A DNA stretch of 64,000 nt from contig CAVUWA010000010.1 of assembly GCA_963744995.1 (NCBI GenBank), forward strand, positions 830,580-894,579, in the 5' to 3' direction. This stretch comes from Candidatus Eiseniibacteriota bacterium (GTDB taxonomy: Bacteria > Eisenbacteria > RBG-16-71-46). Of the stretch, positions 10,533 through 18,356 are shown piece after piece. A model generated the notes under the pieces. The model did no database searches and was not told where the DNA came from. It worked only from the letters and a program-made list of their open reading frames with translations. The first letter of the stretch is position 1. Each line of letters opens with the position of its first letter. The translations under genes were made by a program, and so were the position numbers.

Positions 10533-11089
10533 CCGAGCGCCTCCTCGCGCCAGCCCCGGCCTGCGCCCTCGCCGAGCAGGGCGAGGATCTTGTCGGTGAA
10601 ACCGGTCACGAGCTCGTCCACGCTCTGCGGCTGGTGATAGAACGGCGGCGACACCGGCATGATCACGACGCCGTCGCGCGAGAGGCGCAGCGCGCCCTCC
10701 AGCGCGATCGTCGAGAGCGGAGTCTCGCGCACGCACAGCACGATTCGCATGCGCTCCTTGAGCGCGACCGCCGCCGCGCGGGTGATCAGCGTGTCGGCGA
10801 TGCCGGCGGCGATCTTGCCGAGCGTGGACACGCTGCACGGCACGATGACGAGCGCGTCGTAGCGGTTGGACCCCGACGCGAACGGCGCCGCCAGGTCCGT
10901 GTCCTGGAACGTGCCCCTGACGTGGCTCGCGAGGTCCGACGCTTTGAGGCCGGTCTCCGATTGCATCACCTGCCGCGCCCAGTCGGACATCACCAGGTAC
11001 TTCTCGCCCGGACAGCGGCGGACGAAGTCCACGCCGAAGGCGCTGCCGGAGGCCCCCGTCATGCCGATCAGGTAGCGCTTCGTACTCAT
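10529..11089 (-). CDS. ubiX: Flavin prenyltransferase UbiX
   Basis: IGMTGASG, APFASGS, VPCS..TLGKIA.G, RAAAVALKER, RETPL, PPFY. Confidence 0.93.
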   Translation of the reverse strand: MSTKRYLIGMTGASGSAFGVDFVRRCPGEKYLVMSDWARQVMQSETGLKASDLASHVRGTFQDTDLAAPFASGSNRYDALVIVPCSVSTLGKIAAGIADTLITRAAAVALKERMRIVLCVRETPLSTIALEGALRLSRDGVVIMPVSPPFYHQPQSVDELVTGFTDKILALLGEGAGRGWREEALG

Positions 11090-11108
11090 CGCGGCGCTCG
11101 CACGGGCA

Positions 11109-12014
11109 TCAGAAGCCCCCGGCCGCACGCGCGGTCAGCACCAGGGCGAGCACGGCGAAGCCGACGACCACGTTCACCTTGAAGAAGGCCAGGTTCACGT
11201 CTTCGCCCCAGCGCTGTTCGAGCCCGAGCAGCACGCCGATGCCGATGGCGAGGCCGAGCATCGCGGGCATCGCCCACGCCGGTTCCCGGCGGACGTAGCC
11301 CATGAGCAGGAACACGATGGGCACCAGGCACAACATCGCGGCCAGGTGCAGGAACGCCGAGATGCGCATCGCGGTGGTGCGGCCGAGCCAGGCGACCATG
11401 GACTTCACGCCATGCTGGCGGTCGAAGTCCTCGTCGAGCGTGGCGTAGATGATGTCGAATCCCGCGACCCAGCAGAGCGCGAACCCGGCGAGGAGGAGCG
11501 ACCCCTGCGGGTGGGCGAGGTCCGGGTGCGCCGCGGCATAGCCCGCGAGCGGCGCCAGCGCGAGGGCGAGGCCCACGCCCAGGTGACAGAACGGCGTCAC
11601 CCGCTTCATGTACGGGTAGCCGACGAATACCGCGAGCGGCACCCAGGAGACGCTCAGGTACCAGCGCCCGAGCAGGCCGCAGCACACGAGGTAGACCGCG
11701 AGGCTCGCGGCGAGCAGGCCGAGCGCCTCGCGCAGCGACATGCGCCCGGCCGGCAGCTCGCGCGTCTGCGTGCGCGGGTTGCGGGCGTCGATGTGGCGGT
11801 CGATCAGCCGGTTGATCGCGAGCGCCGACGTGCGCGCGCCCACCGCCGCGAGCGCGATCAGGACCCAGCGCCAGGCGCTCAGGGCCGGGCCGGGGACGCT
11901 GAACACGCCGGCCACCATGAGCGGCAGCGAAAACAGCGTGTGCTCGAACCGCACGAACGAGGCGTAGGTGCGCAGGCGCTCGACGGGGCGGATGGTCTGG
12001 GTCGCAGTGGTCAT
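11109..12014 (-). CDS. ubiA: UbiA family prenyltransferase (MqnP-like)
   Basis: FEHTLFSLP, NRLIDRHIDARNPRT, YPYMKR, GFDIIYATLDEDFD. Confidence 0.9.
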   Translation of the reverse strand: MTTATQTIRPVERLRTYASFVRFEHTLFSLPLMVAGVFSVPGPALSAWRWVLIALAAVGARTSALAINRLIDRHIDARNPRTQTRELPAGRMSLREALGLLAASLAVYLVCCGLLGRWYLSVSWVPLAVFVGYPYMKRVTPFCHLGVGLALALAPLAGYAAAHPDLAHPQGSLLLAGFALCWVAGFDIIYATLDEDFDRQHGVKSMVAWLGRTTAMRISAFLHLAAMLCLVPIVFLLMGYVRREPAWAMPAMLGLAIGIGVLLGLEQRWGEDVNLAFFKVNVVVGFAVLALVLTARAAGGF

Positions 12015-12087
12015 GAGTGGCCGCGCCCGCACCGGCCGGGCGCCCCATGCGCCGGCGACGACCGTGGGCGGTGGCGTCGGGCGTCAG

Positions 12088-12116
12088 AGACTATGGGCGC
12101 CCGCGGGGCGAGGCAA
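12088..12116 (-). promoter_or_regulatory. Possible sigma70 promoter of the ubiA-ubiX-kinase-ubiD-tspO operon
   Basis: Minus strand TTGCCT-N17-TAGTCT. Confidence 0.4.
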
Positions 12117-12218
12117 ATCGCCGGTGGCGGCCTCCGGCGACCGGCCGGGGCGGCCCGGGGCGGGCGGCCGGGACCTCGCCTGCGGACCCCGCGCCGACCC
12201 GGCCGGCCGGCGCAGCGT

Positions 12219-13541
12219 CTAGGGGTCCGGGCGGTCCGCGGTGCCGAGGAGATGGATCAGGCGACTGCGGCTCTCCGCGCTCAGCGAGACGTACTCGAGA
12301 CCGACGTGCGCCTCTTCGTTCCCGCCCGGATCGGCCAGCGTTGCGAACTCGATCCAGGCGATACGGCCCGCCACCTGCACGGGCTCGCCGCCGGGTCCGA
12401 GCGAGACCTCGAGCGACACGAGCGCGTGGGGCCTGATCGCCGCCGATTGCCTGAGCGGCGCGGCGCGGAAGGCGAGCCCCAGACCGTGGCTCGAGAGGTC
12501 GACGATGCGGCCTTCGAGAGGTGCGCTCCGCGTCCCGGCCTCGTGGAGCAGCACCGCGCGGGTCTCGAGCAGAACGGCCATCCGGGGCTCACGGCGCCCC
12601 TCTTCGGGCGCCCCGACCGCGGCCGCCGGCCCGGCGAGCGGGCCGGGCCCGGGCGTCGCGGGCGCGGCGGCCGCCGCGAATGCGGACGCCGGCGCCGGCG
12701 GGGCGGGCCGTTCACCGGGCGCGCGGGCCGGGGCCGGGTCGACGCCCGCATGCGCGGACGCGGCCGCCGGCGGGGGCCCGGCTTCATCCGAAATGGACCC
12801 GGGAGCCGCTGCGGCGGGCCCGCCCGCGTGCGCCGCGAGGTCCGTGCGGCGCGCCCGGTCGAGCAGCGTGACGATGCCGGGTTCGAACTGGATCACCTCG
12901 CTCGGCAGCTCGGCCTCGACCTCGAGCCAGCGCGCCTCCGGGTCACCGGGCGGCAGGTGGATCAGGTCCCCTTCTTCGGCGGTGAACTCGGCGCGCGCCG
13001 CGTCGTGGTTGCTGACGATCGCCCACTGAACGCGCCCGAAGTAGACGACCCAGAGCACCCCGGCCGGTTCGTGGATCGCACGCGGTTCGAGGTCGAGCGG
13101 CACCACGGCGGACTGTTCCGCGACCGCAGTGAACGATTCGGGTGGCAGTGCGAGCAGCGCCCCGGGCGGAAGCTGGCCGGACGACTCGTGGTCCGCCTGT
13201 CTTTCGCGCGAGCCGGCCAGCGCGCGGAACCACTCCTGGATCGCCCGGTAGCGATCGGGATGACGCTGGGCGAACGAGACCATACCGTCGAGGCGGCGCT
13301 GGGTCGCGATCGCACGGAACAGATCACCGCGTCCGACCGCAAGCGGCAGCAGGCGCTCGTAGTGCATCAGAGCGAACGCGCGCTGACGCCCGCGCACCAG
13401 CAGCGAGGCGAGCAGCGCCCGCGTCGACAGGTCGTAGGGGTCCCGGTCGAGGTGGGCGCGCGCAAGGCGCGCGCATTCGGTCCAGGCCCCGTCGCGATAC
13501 GGCCCGACGATGTCGTGCCATTGGCGCACGCGTGGCTTCAT
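12219..13541 (-). CDS. Multidomain protein with C-terminal PilZ c-di-GMP-binding domain
   Basis: RREPR (RxxxR) and DLSSHG (D/NxSxxG) motifs followed by PilZ-like strands; helical N-terminus; Ala/Pro-rich linker. Confidence 0.75.
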   Translation of the reverse strand: MKPRVRQWHDIVGPYRDGAWTECARLARAHLDRDPYDLSTRALLASLLVRGRQRAFALMHYERLLPLAVGRGDLFRAIATQRRLDGMVSFAQRHPDRYRAIQEWFRALAGSRERQADHESSGQLPPGALLALPPESFTAVAEQSAVVPLDLEPRAIHEPAGVLWVVYFGRVQWAIVSNHDAARAEFTAEEGDLIHLPPGDPEARWLEVEAELPSEVIQFEPGIVTLLDRARRTDLAAHAGGPAAAAPGSISDEAGPPPAAASAHAGVDPAPARAPGERPAPPAPASAFAAAAAPATPGPGPLAGPAAAVGAPEEGRREPRMAVLLETRAVLLHEAGTRSAPLEGRIVDLSSHGLGLAFRAAPLRQSAAIRPHALVSLEVSLGPGGEPVQVAGRIAWIEFATLADPGGNEEAHVGLEYVSLSAESRSRLIHLLGTADRPDP

Positions 13542-13595
13542 GACCCGAGGGGGGTTGGAGAGCGGCGCCGGGGGACTTCCCCGGCCTTCGTCCGG

Positions 13596-13622
13596 TATCG
13601 GCCTTCGCAGCCAAGCCCTTGA
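13596..13622 (-). promoter_or_regulatory. Sigma28 (FliA/WhiG)-like promoter upstream of the PilZ gene
   Basis: Minus strand TCAAG-N15-GCCGATA. Confidence 0.5.
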
Positions 13623-13652
13623 GCGCGAGCGGATTCGGCGGCGGAACGCGGT

Positions 13653-14618
13653 TCAGCGCGCAGCAGCCGGTGCCGCCGGCCGGCTGAAGCGCGCCGACTG
13701 CGTGAGCCAGACGCCGCCCAGCACCAGGGCGAGCGAGACGCCGAACGACGGCGGCAGCGCTTCGTGGAGCAGAGCCCACGCCAGCGCCGCCGCGACCACC
13801 GGCTGCAGATTGGTGAGCATCGCCACCGTCGAGGACTTCAAATGACGCAGCCCCCAGAACCAGATCACGTAGTTGAGCGCCGAAGTGAGCCAGGCCAGGT
13901 AGAAGACCCCGCTCCAGCCGCCCGCGCTCACGTGCGACAGATCCGCGCGCGCCAGGGCGAACACGCCGATCGGCACGAACATCAGGGTCCCGGTGACCAG
14001 CGCCTCGGTGGTGACGACCAGTGCGCCGTAGCGGCGCGTCGTCTCGCGGCCGAGCACCATGTAGGCCGCCCATGCGATCACCGCACCGAGAATCAGCAGG
14101 TCGCCGGCGAGCGAATGGCGGTCGATGTGGAGCCCGCGTTCGAGCAGCAGGATCAGGACGCCGGCGAAGGCGAGCCCCATGCCGGTGAATTCGCGCCAGC
14201 CCGGCCGGCTCTCGCCGCGCACGAAACCGATCAACGCGACGAATGCCGGCGTCAGCGCGTAGAGCAGCGCCGCGTGCGAGGCGCTCGCCCACTGCATGCC
14301 CGAAAGGAACAGCCCCTGGTTGAGCGGCACCGCGAGCAGACCGAGCACGATCACCTGCCGCCGATCCACCGCGGCCACCCGCCTCCCCGGGCGCAGCCAG
14401 CGCGTGAGCGGCACCAGCAGCGCGGTCGCGAGCGCGAAGCGCAGCATCGCCAGCGCGAGCGGCGGGAACTCGGTGAGCGTCTGTTTCGCGACCAGAAACG
14501 TCCCGCTCGCGATGAGCACGTTGATGCCGAGCGCGGGCAGGAGGAGCGGCGGCCGGGGCGCGGCGCCCGCAGGCGGCTGGCGCTCGGCGAGCGCGGGCGA
14601 GACGTAGGTGGTCGACAT
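13653..14618 (-). CDS. DMT/EamA family transporter
   Basis: Ten hydrophobic segments in two EamA repeats (PPLALAMLRF, LTPAFVAL, GDLLILGA, NLQPVVA). Confidence 0.9.
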   Translation of the reverse strand: MSTTYVSPALAERQPPAGAAPRPPLLLPALGINVLIASGTFLVAKQTLTEFPPLALAMLRFALATALLVPLTRWLRPGRRVAAVDRRQVIVLGLLAVPLNQGLFLSGMQWASASHAALLYALTPAFVALIGFVRGESRPGWREFTGMGLAFAGVLILLLERGLHIDRHSLAGDLLILGAVIAWAAYMVLGRETTRRYGALVVTTEALVTGTLMFVPIGVFALARADLSHVSAGGWSGVFYLAWLTSALNYVIWFWGLRHLKSSTVAMLTNLQPVVAAALAWALLHEALPPSFGVSLALVLGGVWLTQSARFSRPAAPAAAR

Positions 14619-14664
14619 GAACGCGGCACGCTACGCGCGGGCGCCGCGGGCGTCCAGCGGAACG

Positions 14665-14859
14665 GACACGCGGGGCGGGCCGCTTCGTGCGCCCGCCCCC
14701 GGTTCGAGCGTGTCCCTTCGCTCGGATTCACTCGCATCGCCCCGACCGACAAGGCAGCGGAGTGGCACCGCTTCGGCGAACCGGCCCCCGATAACGATCC
14801 CCCTCCACGGGCCCCTGCCGCTCCTTGCCTGTCGTGGTTCGAGACCTTGCGGCCTCGCC
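14665..14859 (-). ncRNA. Candidate structured small RNA (sigma54-driven)
   Basis: Intergenic; GCAA-tetraloop hairpin 14840-14857, long imperfect stem 14747-14834, hairpin 14705-14724, terminal GC stem 14672-14699. Confidence 0.5.
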
Positions 14860-14870
14860 GATCCCCCATC

Positions 14871-14885
14871 GCAATGCGCGGGCCA
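14871..14885 (-). promoter_or_regulatory. Sigma54 -24/-12 promoter
   Basis: Minus strand TGGCCCG-CGCA-TTGC; GG-N10-GC spacing, one mismatch to TGGCACG-N4-TTGC. Confidence 0.55.
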
Positions 14886-15181
14886 GTGCGCGTGCAGAGG
14901 CGCGGCTCGCGATCATCGCGTTGGAGCCCAACGTCTTCGCAGGTGGAGCGCGATCGGAGCATGCACGGCAGCGCCGCGCGAACCGTCCACGCGGGCGTCG
15001 AATGCGACGCGCCGAGGACGCTCTGAAAGCGCAGGCGGGCCGGGCGGGCACACCGCTGCGGCCGGGTCGCTGCGCCGGGCGGCGCCCCGGACGGCGGCCC
15101 GACGATGACGGCCGCCCCCGGACATGCGAAGGCCCGGGCGGCGCCTCGCGCCACACCCGGGCCGATGTCCAGGGTGAACGA

Positions 15182-15892
15182 CTAGAAACCGAAGCGCATC
15201 CCGCCGCGGAAGCAGCCGTACTTCACCGACGCGTTGTACTTGGAACCGTCCTGCTCGCCCGAACCCCAGCCGAACTGGCTGTACTGTTCGATGAAAGCGC
15301 TGTTCCTTGCGCCGACGGAGTAGCGGAGACCCACGGCGGTATCGAGTCCGAAGACCTTGAACGGCTCGCCGTCCACCTCGCTCACGCCGTCGTCGAAGGT
15401 GCCCTTGGTGGTGGAGTAGAAGGCGCCGATCTGGCCGTACGCCGCGGTCTTCGTGGTGATGGGCGCCAGGCACCCGATGTCGAGGCTGCCGTAGATCGCC
15501 TTGAGAGTGACCTTGTCCGTATAGCCTGCGACGCCGCCGACCTCGAGCTTCTCGTTGCCGATGCCGTAACCGCCCATCCCGCGGTAGTAGAGACCTGAAT
15601 TCACATTGGGGCGGAACGTGTAGTCGACGCCGGCGCCGATCACGGAACCACTCCAGTTGTAGACCGCGCTGCCCATGCCACCCGGCGTCAGGGCGTCCGC
15701 GTCCTGATAGAACACCTGGATGCCCGCCTCCTGCTTCGGCAGCTTGCTGAGGATGTCGGCGACGCTTGCCACCGGCGTCGCCTCAAGCTCCTCCCTCGAG
15801 ATGACATCGTTGCTGCCGGCAGCGAACGCGGGCGTCACCGCCAGCAGGAACAGCATGGGAACGAACCAGCGGACGAGCGTGCACTTCTTCAT
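15182..15892 (-). CDS. Outer-membrane beta-barrel protein (small, OmpA/OmpW-like) with a TonB-receptor plug-like N-terminal peptide
   Basis: AGGAGG RBS, signal peptide ending AFA, amphipathic beta strands, terminal ...GGMRFGF. Confidence 0.75.
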   Translation of the reverse strand: MKKCTLVRWFVPMLFLLAVTPAFAAGSNDVISREELEATPVASVADILSKLPKQEAGIQVFYQDADALTPGGMGSAVYNWSGSVIGAGVDYTFRPNVNSGLYYRGMGGYGIGNEKLEVGGVAGYTDKVTLKAIYGSLDIGCLAPITTKTAAYGQIGAFYSTTKGTFDDGVSEVDGEPFKVFGLDTAVGLRYSVGARNSAFIEQYSQFGWGSGEQDGSKYNASVKYGCFRGGMRFGF

Positions 15893-15961
15893 TGCGCGAC
15901 CTCCTGTGGAGACGAGAGGGGTGAACAGAAACCGGCGGCATGCTAGCGCACGATCCCGTTC

Positions 15962-15990
15962 TTGACAGGTGCACGGGTGTGCACTATGGT
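15962..15990 (+). promoter_or_regulatory. lexA sigma70 promoter with a LexA box in the spacer
   Basis: TTGACA-N17-TATGGT; the spacer holds the palindrome TGCAC-GGGT-GTGCA (15970-15983). Confidence 0.8.
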
Positions 15991-16063
15991 GCGCCGGTGC
16001 CGGGTTCGAAACCTTGGGTCCCAGACGGCCGGACCGGGAGTCCGCCGTTGGAGGAACGCGAAC

Positions 16064-16669
16064 ATGCTGAAAGACAGAACGTGGGAAATCCTCGGGTTCA
16101 TCCAGCGCTCGACGCGCGAGAAGGGCTTCCCGCCGACCATTCGCGAGATCGGTGAAGCCTTCGGGATCTCCTCGACGAATGGGGTTCGCTATCACCTGAG
16201 CCTGCTCGAGAAGGCCGGCCACCTGAAGCGCAGGAGCAAGCTCTCGCGCGGCATTGAAGCGGGTGGCGGGGCCGCCGCGGCGCTGACCGGCATTCCGATT
16301 CTCGGCCGGGTCGCCGCCGGCCAGCCGATCCTGGCGGAAGAGAGCTACGACGGCTCGCTCGAGCTGCAGGACATGTTCGGCGATCCGAGCGGGATGTTCG
16401 CGCTGCGGGTGCGCGGTGACAGCATGATCGACGCCGGCATGCTCGACGGCGACTACGTGATCGTGCGGCGGCAGGATCGCGCCGATCCGGGTCAGATCGT
16501 GGTGGCCCTGGTGAACGACGAGGCCACGGTGAAGTACTACCGGCCACGCGGGCGGCGCGTGGAGCTCGAGCCCGCGAACGAGAAGTACCAGCCGATCGTG
16601 GTCACCGAGGACGTGGCGTTCGGCATCCTGGGCGTCGTGAAGGGAGTCGTTCGAACCGTCGGCCGCTGA
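16064..16669 (+). CDS. lexA: SOS repressor LexA
   Basis: GFPPTIREIG winged helix, GRVAAG cleavage site, GDSM (Ser) and EATVK (Lys); GGAGG RBS. Confidence 0.97.
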   Translation: MLKDRTWEILGFIQRSTREKGFPPTIREIGEAFGISSTNGVRYHLSLLEKAGHLKRRSKLSRGIEAGGGAAAALTGIPILGRVAAGQPILAEESYDGSLELQDMFGDPSGMFALRVRGDSMIDAGMLDGDYVIVRRQDRADPGQIVVALVNDEATVKYYRPRGRRVELEPANEKYQPIVVTEDVAFGILGVVKGVVRTVGR

Positions 16670-16705
16670 CGGCGCATCTCAAGGGCAGGTTGAATCCGCA
16701 TCCCC

Positions 16706-16729
16706 CGGGAGCAGGTGCTCCCGTTTCTT
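16706..16729 (+). terminator. Probable intrinsic terminator after lexA
   Basis: Inverted repeat CGGGAGCA-GG-TGCTCCCG followed by TTTCTT. Confidence 0.55.
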
Positions 16730-16741
16730 GGCAGCGAAAAC

Positions 16742-16755
16742 TGCACATTCGTTCA
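16742..16755 (+). promoter_or_regulatory. Second putative LexA box, upstream of the TnpA-like gene
   Basis: TGCAC-ATTC-GTTCA, one mismatch from the half-sites of the lexA-promoter palindrome. Confidence 0.55.
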
Positions 16756-16780
16756 AACACTCCCCGCAGGAGGGTGGACC

Positions 16781-17239
16781 GTGAAGCAGGAATTGGCTCC
16801 CGAGGTGAGAGAAGCGCTGATGGGTCGGTGGGAGCCCGTCTACCGCAGCCAGCTCCACTACCTGGTCACGTGGAGTACTCGGAACAGGCGACCCGTGCTC
16901 AAGGACCGTCACGTTCAGGCGCTGAAGCGGCTGATCGAGTCGCTGTGCGAAGAGCGTGGTTACAACCTGATCGAGGTCGCCGCGGGGTGGGACCACGTGC
17001 ACATGCTGATCGCGCTGCGTCCCTCGCAGAGCATCGCCAGCGTCGTGCGCGAACTGAAGGGCAGTGCCGGCATGTCGCTGCTCGCCGAGTACCCGGAGCT
17101 GCGCGTGTGGCTGCGCGGCAACCTGATCTGGGACGAGCGCTATGCCGTCGAGACCGTGAGCGCCGCGCGCATCGAGCGGATCGCGGAGCGGCTGAGAATG
17201 CAGCACGCCTCATCGGAGCACCTCGCGCAGGCCAGCTAG
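16781..17239 (+). CDS. IS200/IS605 TnpA-like (Y1 HUH) protein, apparently lacking the catalytic tyrosine
   Basis: LHYLVTWSTRNRRPVL, DHVH (HUH), VRELKGSA, W..RY..ETV; expected Y-I-x-x-Q reads R-L-R-M-Q; GGAGGG RBS before GTG. Confidence 0.8.
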   Translation: MKQELAPEVREALMGRWEPVYRSQLHYLVTWSTRNRRPVLKDRHVQALKRLIESLCEERGYNLIEVAAGWDHVHMLIALRPSQSIASVVRELKGSAGMSLLAEYPELRVWLRGNLIWDERYAVETVSAARIERIAERLRMQHASSEHLAQAS

Positions 17240-17261
17240 CTCCAACCGATGGGCAACAGCA

Positions 17262-17295
17262 GGGCCCGGCATTCCCTCGTGGAATGTCCGGGCCC
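17262..17295. terminator. Hairpin between the TnpA-like gene and ribA (terminator or IS-end relic)
   Basis: GGGCCCGG-CATTCC-ctcgt-GGAATG-T-CCGGGCCC. Confidence 0.45.
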
Positions 17296-17388
17296 GAACT
17301 GTGTCCGCCCCGCGCGTGGCACGGGCGAAGCCCTGCCGTGCGCGGTCCCGTCCGCTTCCGGAGCGCAGGGCTCGCGGAACGAGGGCCG

Positions 17389-18108
17389 CTACAGATTCGT
17401 GATGTTCAACGCCGTGGGCGTCCCGTTCAGCAGGTGCCCCGCGCGCTCGCGCTTGGTGGTGAGGTAGGCCTCGTTGAACGGGTTGGCCGGCATGACGTGC
17501 GAAATCCGGCCGGCGACGCGAATTCCGTGGCGGCGCAGACCGTCGACCTTCGCCGGATTGTTGGTCATGAGTCGGATGCTGCGCACGCCCAGCGCTTCGA
17601 GCATCTCCGCCGCGACCCGGTAGTCGCGGGCGTCGTCGGGAAAGCCCAGCAGGCGATTCGCGTCGATGGTGTCGTGGCCCTGATCCTGAAGCGCATATGC
17701 GCGGATCTTGTTGGTGAGCCCGATGCCGCGCCCTTCCTGCCTGAGGTAGAGCACGATGCCTCGAGGCTCACCGCCGATGCGCTCGAGCGCCGCGATCAGC
17801 TGGTCGCGGCAGTCGCAGCGCAGCGAGCCGAGCACGTCGCCGGTGAGGCACTCGGAGTGCACGCGCGTCGGCACGCGCGACTTGCCGCGCACACCACCCT
17901 TCACGACCGCCAGGTGTTCCGCGCCGTTCTCGGCGGGGGTGAACGCCACCGCCCGGAAGCGGCCGAAGCGCGTGGGCAGCTCCGCCACGGACACGATGCG
18001 CAGCCGATCGCCGCTCGCGGATCGCCCACCGGTCAGTCGAAGTGCGGGAACGGCCGCGCCCGGAATCTCCGGGGTGAAGTCACTGGAAGCCGGAAGGCCG
18101 ACGCTCAT
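17389..18108 (-). CDS. ribA: GTP cyclohydrolase II (monofunctional)
   Basis: RVHSECLTGDVLGSLRCDC, YLRQEGRGIGL, LMTNNP motifs. Confidence 0.95.
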   Translation of the reverse strand: MSVGLPASSDFTPEIPGAAVPALRLTGGRSASGDRLRIVSVAELPTRFGRFRAVAFTPAENGAEHLAVVKGGVRGKSRVPTRVHSECLTGDVLGSLRCDCRDQLIAALERIGGEPRGIVLYLRQEGRGIGLTNKIRAYALQDQGHDTIDANRLLGFPDDARDYRVAAEMLEALGVRSIRLMTNNPAKVDGLRRHGIRVAGRISHVMPANPFNEAYLTTKRERAGHLLNGTPTALNITNL

Positions 18109-18356
18109 GGAATCCCCCTCGCCCGATGAAGTGAACGGACCTGTGGATGCGCTGCATCCGCGGCCGGTTCGGTGCATGGGGTTGGACGGGCCGCGGACTT
18201 TGCGGCGCACGGCGCGCCCCGGCCGGGACCGCCGAGAGCGGCCGCGCCGGGCGCTGGGCTTTGCGGCGCGGGCAGGAGGCGGACGGAGCGGACGCCCGGC
18301 GGGGCACCGGGACGCCGGGACGCCGGGGCGCCGGGGCGCCGAGGCGCCGGACGCTT

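Noticed and set aside
14690..14860. Partial resemblance to a c-di-AMP riboswitch, tRNA T-loops (GGTTCGAG twice) or tmRNA
   Set aside because: Key conserved segments, a cloverleaf and a CCA end are missing; kept only as an unclassified RNA candidate
16728..16745. TTGGCA...TGCA resembling a sigma54 promoter before the TnpA-like gene
   Set aside because: GG to GC spacing is 11 nt rather than the required 10
16700..17300. Active IS200/IS605 element
   Set aside because: Catalytic Tyr absent, no tnpB, and the flanking hairpins do not match each other
18110..18350. Possible FMN riboswitch upstream of ribA; short CGCCGGG[GA] tandem repeats
   Set aside because: No FMN aptamer consensus; the repeats are low-complexity GC sequence without spacers, so not CRISPR
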